Assembly (NCBI GenBank): GCA_963718915.1 | Contig: CAVRAI010000004.1 | Coordinates: 840,001-872,000, forward strand | DNA: 32,000 nucleotides | Direction of reading: 5' to 3' | Origin: an uncultured Chloroflexia bacterium | Lineage (GTDB): Bacteria; Chloroflexota; Ktedonobacteria; Ktedonobacterales; JADMIN01 | Shown: positions 26,992 to 32,000 of the stretch, in pieces | Position numbering within the stretch: the stretch's first letter is position 1 | How the letters are laid out: the number at the start of each line of letters is the position of its first letter | The notes under the pieces: generated by a model | Database searches by the model: none | What the model saw: the letters and a program-made list of their open reading frames with translations, nothing else | Told to the model about the DNA's origin: nothing | Made by a program: the position numbers and the translations under genes

Positions 26992-29900
26992 ATGGCTGTG
27001 CGCGGATATCTACGTTTCCCAACCATCGCGGGCGAGACGATTGTCTTCACGGCTGAGGACGATCTCTGGCGAGTCAGCGCTAACGGCGGGCGCGCCGAAC
27101 GATTGACCGCCGATGTTGCCGAGGCGCGCAACGCCCGCCTCTCGCCAGATGGCCGCCAGGTTGCGTTCACTGGATTCTCTGAGGGGCCAAGCGAGGTCTA
27201 CGTCATGCCAGCCGACGGCGGCGACACGCAACGGCTCACCTATCACGGCAGCGCCGCAGCAGTAGTTGGTTGGCGCCCTGACGGCTCAGCGATCATATAC
27301 GCCAGCCCGGCTGGTGAGCCATCGCGTCGTATGGTTACTCTCCACGAGGTTGCGCCGACCGGTGGACCGACGGCCACGCTCCCATACGGGCCTGCCAGGG
27401 CAATCACCTTCGGGCCACATGGCGCAGTCGTGCTTGGTCGTAACACTGGCGAGCCGGCATTCTGGAAGCGCTATCGGGGTGGCACCGCTGGCTATCTCTA
27501 TATTGACCCGACCGGTGATGGGACATTTCGCCGGTTGCTCAATCTCAACAGTAACATCACCGCGCCATGCTGGGTAGGCAACCGCATCTACTTTATTTCC
27601 GACCATGAAGGCATAGGCAACGTCTACTCCTGCCTGGCCTCTGGCGAAGATTTGCGGCGCCACAGCAACCAGACCGACTTTTACGCACGCGGCCTCACCA
27701 GCGATGATGCACGGCTGGTCTACTTTGCGGGGGGCGACCTGTATGTCATCGAGCCAACCCAGGGTAGTGTGACCCGCCTGGATATCACACTCGGTAGCGC
27801 CAGTGCCCAGCGTACGCGCAAATTTGTCTCCGCCGGGCGCTATCTCGACTCATGGGCAATCCATCCAAAAGGACATGCGGTAGCCATCACGTCGCGCGGC
27901 AAGGCGTTCAGCATGGGCAACTGGGAGGGACCGGTACTGCAACATGGCTCCCCAAACGGCGTTCGCTACCGTCATATGCAGTGGCTGGCCGATGGCGCGC
28001 ACCTGGTCGCGGTTGGCGATGATGGCAGCGAGCCGCGGCTGAGGGTCTTAACCGCCGATGGTTCAGCGCCAGAGAAGGTGCTGGATGGGCTGGATGTTGG
28101 CCACGTCACTGAGCTACGCACGTCGCCCATCGCGCAACAGGTCGCGCTACTGAATCACCGCAATGAACTGCTGCTGGCAGACCTCGAGCAGGGAACGCTT
28201 CGCCAGCTCGATCACACTGAGTATGGGCGCAGTGGGCTGGGGGCTATCAGCAATGGGATTGCCTGGTCACCAGATGGACGGTGGCTCGCCTATTCATTCA
28301 GCATCAATGGGCAGCAATCGGCCATCAAGTTGTGCCGGGTGGAGACAGGCGAGGTCGCCCAGGTGACGAACCCGGTGTTGCGCGATATGCGGCCCGCGTT
28401 TGATCCCGCCGGGCGCTACCTCTACTTCCTGAGTGCCCGCACATTCGATCCCGTCTTCGACAACCTGCACTTCGATGCTGGCTTCCCAAGAGGCGTGCGC
28501 CCGTATCTGCTGACGCTGCGGCGTGACCTCGCTTCGCCATTCATTCCCAAAGCCGAGTCGCCAAAGAGTGAGGCGGAACAGCAACTTGAGCAGGGCAAAA
28601 AGGATGAGCAGCCGCTAACGCCGAAGCCAGTCGAGATTGATCTGGATGGCATTACCGGGCGTATCGTCGCCTTCCCCGTGCCTGAGGGCCGCTATGAGCG
28701 CATTATGGGGACACATGAGGGCGCTGTCTTCCTCAGTATGCCGGTTGAAGGAACCCTGAATGAGAATTGGGTGCCCGGCCCTCCTGAAGCCAAGGGGACC
28801 ATTGAAGGCTATCACTTCGATTCCTACAAGCATGAGTCATTGGTTGAAGGCGTCTCCGATTTCATCGTCACACCTGATGGCAAGTCGCTGCTCTATCGCG
28901 CAAGTGAGCGGTTGCGGGTGCTGAAGGCCGGGGAAAAGCCGTCGGGCGAAGGCGGTAGCGAGACAGGCCGCGTGTCCGGGTGGGTTGATCTCGATCGGGT
29001 GAAGGTCTCGGTTCAGCCAGAGCTCGAGTGGCGTCAGATGTTCGCCGAGGCATGGCGACTCCAGCGTGAACAGTTCTGGGTCGCCGACATGGGCGGTGTG
29101 GACTGGCGTGCGGTCTACCAGCGCTATTCTCCGATGGTAGCGCGTCTTGGGTCGCGTGGTGAGCTTTCCGATTTGATGTGGGAGATGCAGGGTGAGCTTG
29201 GCTCGTCGCATGCATACGAAATTGGTGGGGAATATCGTCGCCATCCTGAGTATACCCAGGGCCATCTGGGCATTGAATGGCGTCTCGATGCGCAAAGCGG
29301 TCATGTTGTCATCACCCATATTGTCGAGGGTGATCCCTGGGACGCTGACGCAACCTCGCCACTACGAACACCGGGTGTCAACGCTCAAGAAGGCGACGCG
29401 ATTCTGGCGATCAACGGGCGGGTAGTCTCAGCGGATGCTTTGCCTGATCAATTGCTTGTCAACCAGGCTGGACGTGAGGTGCAACTGCTACTTCAGTCAG
29501 CCGACGGCGGCGAACCGCGCAGAGTCACCGTGCGCGCGACCGCGGATAGCCACGCCGGACGCTATCGGGACTGGGTGGAGAGCAATCGGCGCGCGGTTCA
29601 TGAGATGACAGGCGGTCGCGTAGGCTATCTCCACATACCAGATATGTCTTATGTTGGGTTCTCGGAGTTCCATCGCTACTTCCTGATGGAGTACGACCGC
29701 GACGCGCTGATCGTCGATGTGCGCTTCAATGGCGGTGGCATGGTCTCTGGGCTGCTCCTGGAGAAGCTGTCGCGACGTCGGCTCGGGTACGACTTCCAGC
29801 GCTGGGGACCACCGGAACCCTACATGCTGCAGTCGCCTCGTGGACCGCTCGTGGCGTTGACTGATGAGAACGCAGGCTCGGATGGTGATATCTTCAGTCA

Positions 29901-30306
29901 TGCGTTCAAACTGCTTGGTCTAGGGCCGCTTGTTGGGATGCGCACATGGGGTGGCGTTATCGGCATTGAGCCATACATCACGCTGGCGGATGGGTCAGTA
30001 ACCACACAGCCGGAGTTCAGTTTCTGGTTCAACGACGTTGGCTGGGGCGTTGAGAATTACGGAACCGATCCGACGATTGAGGTTGAGTACCTTCCGCAAG
30101 CTTACGTGGCTGGTGAAGACCCACAACTGGAGCGAGCAATTGCCGAGGCCGTCAAACTGGTTGAAGTGCGGCCCCAGTCTACTCCCATTCCAGGGCCGCG
30201 GCCGGAACGTGGCTTCTCGCCGAATGGCCACATCCCGCAAGGAGATATGGTCGAAGCCCCCATCCAGACATCTACGACCGGGACGGCGGCCTCGGACAAC
30301 GCATGA
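26992..30306 (+). CDS. tri: tricorn protease homologue (S41 family, beta-propeller + PDZ + peptidase)
   Basis: ORF 26947-30306. Likely start ATG 26992, 1104 aa. N-terminus RGYLRFPTIAGETIVFTAEDDLWRVSANGG..LSPDGRQVAF, repeated propeller blades, C-terminal VDVRFNGGG and TDENAGSDGDIFSHAFK serine-peptidase region. Confidence 0.9.
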   Translation: MAVRGYLRFPTIAGETIVFTAEDDLWRVSANGGRAERLTADVAEARNARLSPDGRQVAFTGFSEGPSEVYVMPADGGDTQRLTYHGSAAAVVGWRPDGSAIIYASPAGEPSRRMVTLHEVAPTGGPTATLPYGPARAITFGPHGAVVLGRNTGEPAFWKRYRGGTAGYLYIDPTGDGTFRRLLNLNSNITAPCWVGNRIYFISDHEGIGNVYSCLASGEDLRRHSNQTDFYARGLTSDDARLVYFAGGDLYVIEPTQGSVTRLDITLGSASAQRTRKFVSAGRYLDSWAIHPKGHAVAITSRGKAFSMGNWEGPVLQHGSPNGVRYRHMQWLADGAHLVAVGDDGSEPRLRVLTADGSAPEKVLDGLDVGHVTELRTSPIAQQVALLNHRNELLLADLEQGTLRQLDHTEYGRSGLGAISNGIAWSPDGRWLAYSFSINGQQSAIKLCRVETGEVAQVTNPVLRDMRPAFDPAGRYLYFLSARTFDPVFDNLHFDAGFPRGVRPYLLTLRRDLASPFIPKAESPKSEAEQQLEQGKKDEQPLTPKPVEIDLDGITGRIVAFPVPEGRYERIMGTHEGAVFLSMPVEGTLNENWVPGPPEAKGTIEGYHFDSYKHESLVEGVSDFIVTPDGKSLLYRASERLRVLKAGEKPSGEGGSETGRVSGWVDLDRVKVSVQPELEWRQMFAEAWRLQREQFWVADMGGVDWRAVYQRYSPMVARLGSRGELSDLMWEMQGELGSSHAYEIGGEYRRHPEYTQGHLGIEWRLDAQSGHVVITHIVEGDPWDADATSPLRTPGVNAQEGDAILAINGRVVSADALPDQLLVNQAGREVQLLLQSADGGEPRRVTVRATADSHAGRYRDWVESNRRAVHEMTGGRVGYLHIPDMSYVGFSEFHRYFLMEYDRDALIVDVRFNGGGMVSGLLLEKLSRRRLGYDFQRWGPPEPYMLQSPRGPLVALTDENAGSDGDIFSHAFKLLGLGPLVGMRTWGGVIGIEPYITLADGSVTTQPEFSFWFNDVGWGVENYGTDPTIEVEYLPQAYVAGEDPQLERAIAEAVKLVEVRPQSTPIPGPRPERGFSPNGHIPQGDMVEAPIQTSTTGTAASDNA

Positions 30307-30341
30307 GTATGCGATGATGTACTGGCCTGATGGCGCTGGCG

Positions 30342-31886
30342 CTACCAGTCATCATCAGGTGGCTCATCTGGATAACCACCGCGGGGCGCTTTATGCGTCC
30401 CGCCGGAGCCGCGCCCGCGCTCACCACCAGATTCGCGGCTCCACGGATCACGCGGTGGATACCCTCCGCCGCGTGATCCGCCGCCATAGCTTTGATCTGT
30501 GCCGCGTGGTTGCCCTGGCTGATTGTAGGAACTCTCTGGATCGCCCCATGGGTCTTGTGGGGGATAGTTACCACTCGCGCCCGAGCCATAGCCGCCAAAG
30601 GGCGCGTCAGCATAGCCGTCTGGCGCGTGCCACTGACCCGTCATAGGTCGTGGGCGCCATTCAGGATCAGGCTCATCGGACTGGGGCCAGCCACTGGCGT
30701 CATTTCCGTAGCCGGGTTGCGGCGCATTGCCACTCTCATGATAGGTGGAGAAGCCTTGTGTCGGCGCGTCCCAGCCGGGGTTTCCCACATTGCCTGCGCC
30801 TCCATAGCCATTGTCCTGATACATATCACCATACATATTGCCTGGCGGGCCATACCCAGGACCGCTGCCTCCATAATATCCAGCGGCGGAACCAGCTTCG
30901 CCCTCAGGATTTCTCCGATTGCGCACCATGAAGAAGAGCACGCTTCCTGTCACCAGCAAAGCCAACAAAATCGCAGCGGCCACCACGACGATGACGATTG
31001 CTGTTGAATCACCGTTCTGGTGAGGCGTAGGCGTTACGACGACGGCGGTGGGGGTTACGGCAGGTGTAGGCGTAAGGGCAGCATCTACATGAAGTGTAGC
31101 CGTCACATCCAGCGCTGGACGCACACCCTGGGGAGCGCTCGTGAAGGCTCGCAAGGTTACATCGCCCAGGTCCGTTGGACGTGGCTGATAGGACAGGTCG
31201 AATCCACCGCTTGCATTGGGTGCGAGAGTCGTCAGTTCGTGGGTAACTTCCTGGGAATTAGTCACGCTCAGAGTCACACTGCCGGAGCCTAAGAAATTTG
31301 CTCCGCTGACGGCGACTAGCGAGCCAGCGTTGGTTGTCGTAGGGTTGAGTGTGAGCGTTGGCGACAGTACGGTGAGCAATTGATACCCAACACTCGCGAC
31401 ACCCGCGGGGCTGGACGCGCAGATGGAATATGGACTGCCTGTGGCGGTCAGGGCGTTTGGCCAGGTGAAGGTAAAGATGATGCTGCCATCGGATTGGGGG
31501 CGCACGTGATTCAATGTCTGCACCCAGGAGTTGGTGTTGACGCAGGCTACCCCTGGTGCGGCCATCCCCACCAGCACATCGGAAGTAGCCCAGTTAGATC
31601 CGATGACCGTAATATGCGCACTCATCGGACCTTGCCCAGATAAAGGCACTGACAGCGACAGTGTTGGGGGGCCGACCTGCGCCGTTGGACTTGGAGTCAC
31701 ATCGAGGTGAGTGATAGGAGCGCTATAGGCAGTGAACGCGTTGTCCTGCCGCGAAACTCCTACCAACTGGACGGTCATTGCCAGTATAAGCGCCAGAAAT
31801 CCGGCGAGCAGTACGAGCCACCATCCCTTGCGCGAGTGAGTGTTAAAGGCCTTCCGCCTGCTACTTCGGGCGTCGACTTGAGACAT
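30342..31886 (-). CDS. two-TM membrane protein with beta-rich ectodomain and Gly/Tyr/Pro-rich cytoplasmic tail
   Basis: ORF 30342-31925 (TTG). ATG 31886 gives 514 aa. TM1 WWLVLLAGFLALILAMTVQLV, ~290-aa Thr/Ser/Val-rich Ig-like-looking region, TM2 AIVIVVVAAAILLALLVTGSVLFFMV, then ~190 aa rich in G, Y, P, D, W (GYYGGSGPGYGPPGNMYGDMYQDNGYGGAG..). Confidence 0.7.
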   Translation of the reverse strand: MSQVDARSSRRKAFNTHSRKGWWLVLLAGFLALILAMTVQLVGVSRQDNAFTAYSAPITHLDVTPSPTAQVGPPTLSLSVPLSGQGPMSAHITVIGSNWATSDVLVGMAAPGVACVNTNSWVQTLNHVRPQSDGSIIFTFTWPNALTATGSPYSICASSPAGVASVGYQLLTVLSPTLTLNPTTTNAGSLVAVSGANFLGSGSVTLSVTNSQEVTHELTTLAPNASGGFDLSYQPRPTDLGDVTLRAFTSAPQGVRPALDVTATLHVDAALTPTPAVTPTAVVVTPTPHQNGDSTAIVIVVVAAAILLALLVTGSVLFFMVRNRRNPEGEAGSAAGYYGGSGPGYGPPGNMYGDMYQDNGYGGAGNVGNPGWDAPTQGFSTYHESGNAPQPGYGNDASGWPQSDEPDPEWRPRPMTGQWHAPDGYADAPFGGYGSGASGNYPPQDPWGDPESSYNQPGQPRGTDQSYGGGSRGGGYPPRDPWSRESGGERGRGSGGTHKAPRGGYPDEPPDDDW

Positions 31887-32000
31887 CCATCTACAACTAT
31901 CCTCACACGGAAACCTCTCCACCAAATTTCCAACATACAGATATACATATCATACGCCCGTCACCTGAAGCCTACTCACACGCCTCAGGTAGTGCGAGCG

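Overview
GC-rich (about 60% by eye) bacterial chromosomal window, densely coding on both strands. It holds about 27 protein genes and one tRNA-Arg. I found no rRNA, CRISPR array, transposase or integrase. Recognisable genes are deoB, a GNAT acetyltransferase, dinB, secA, rsmD, a LysM/M23 wall hydrolase, an MqnA/MqnD-family (futalosine route) protein, a membrane serine hydrolase, a cardiolipin-synthase-like PLD, a DppA-type M55 peptidase, an SDR, a CDF metal exporter and a 1104-aa tricorn protease. The gene content suggests Chloroflexota (Ktedonobacteria-like) or Actinomycetota; this is inference only. I found no canonical defence or mobile system. The most unusual items are: (1) a 1313-aa Zn-ribbon/adenylate-cyclase/STAND-NTPase/TPR protein followed directly by a bacterial protein with plant DA1-like architecture (LIM-like zinc fingers plus an HExxH peptidase). 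The zinc-finger reading frame of that second gene has no canonical start codon: an ACG sits where a perfect AGGAGGTG Shine-Dalgarno predicts the start. (2) A lower-GC islet next to tRNA-Arg (23.3-25.8 kb) containing an orphan pre-toxin-TG-like mini-protein, an HNH endonuclease whose N-terminal zinc ribbon is split between two frames, and genes with unresolved starts. (3) secA lacks its own SD and is preceded by an 8-codon uORF whose stop overlaps the secA ATG. (4) A Cheo-box-like SOS operator overlaps the predicted dinB promoter. All functional links are hypotheses. No database search or folding calculation could be run.
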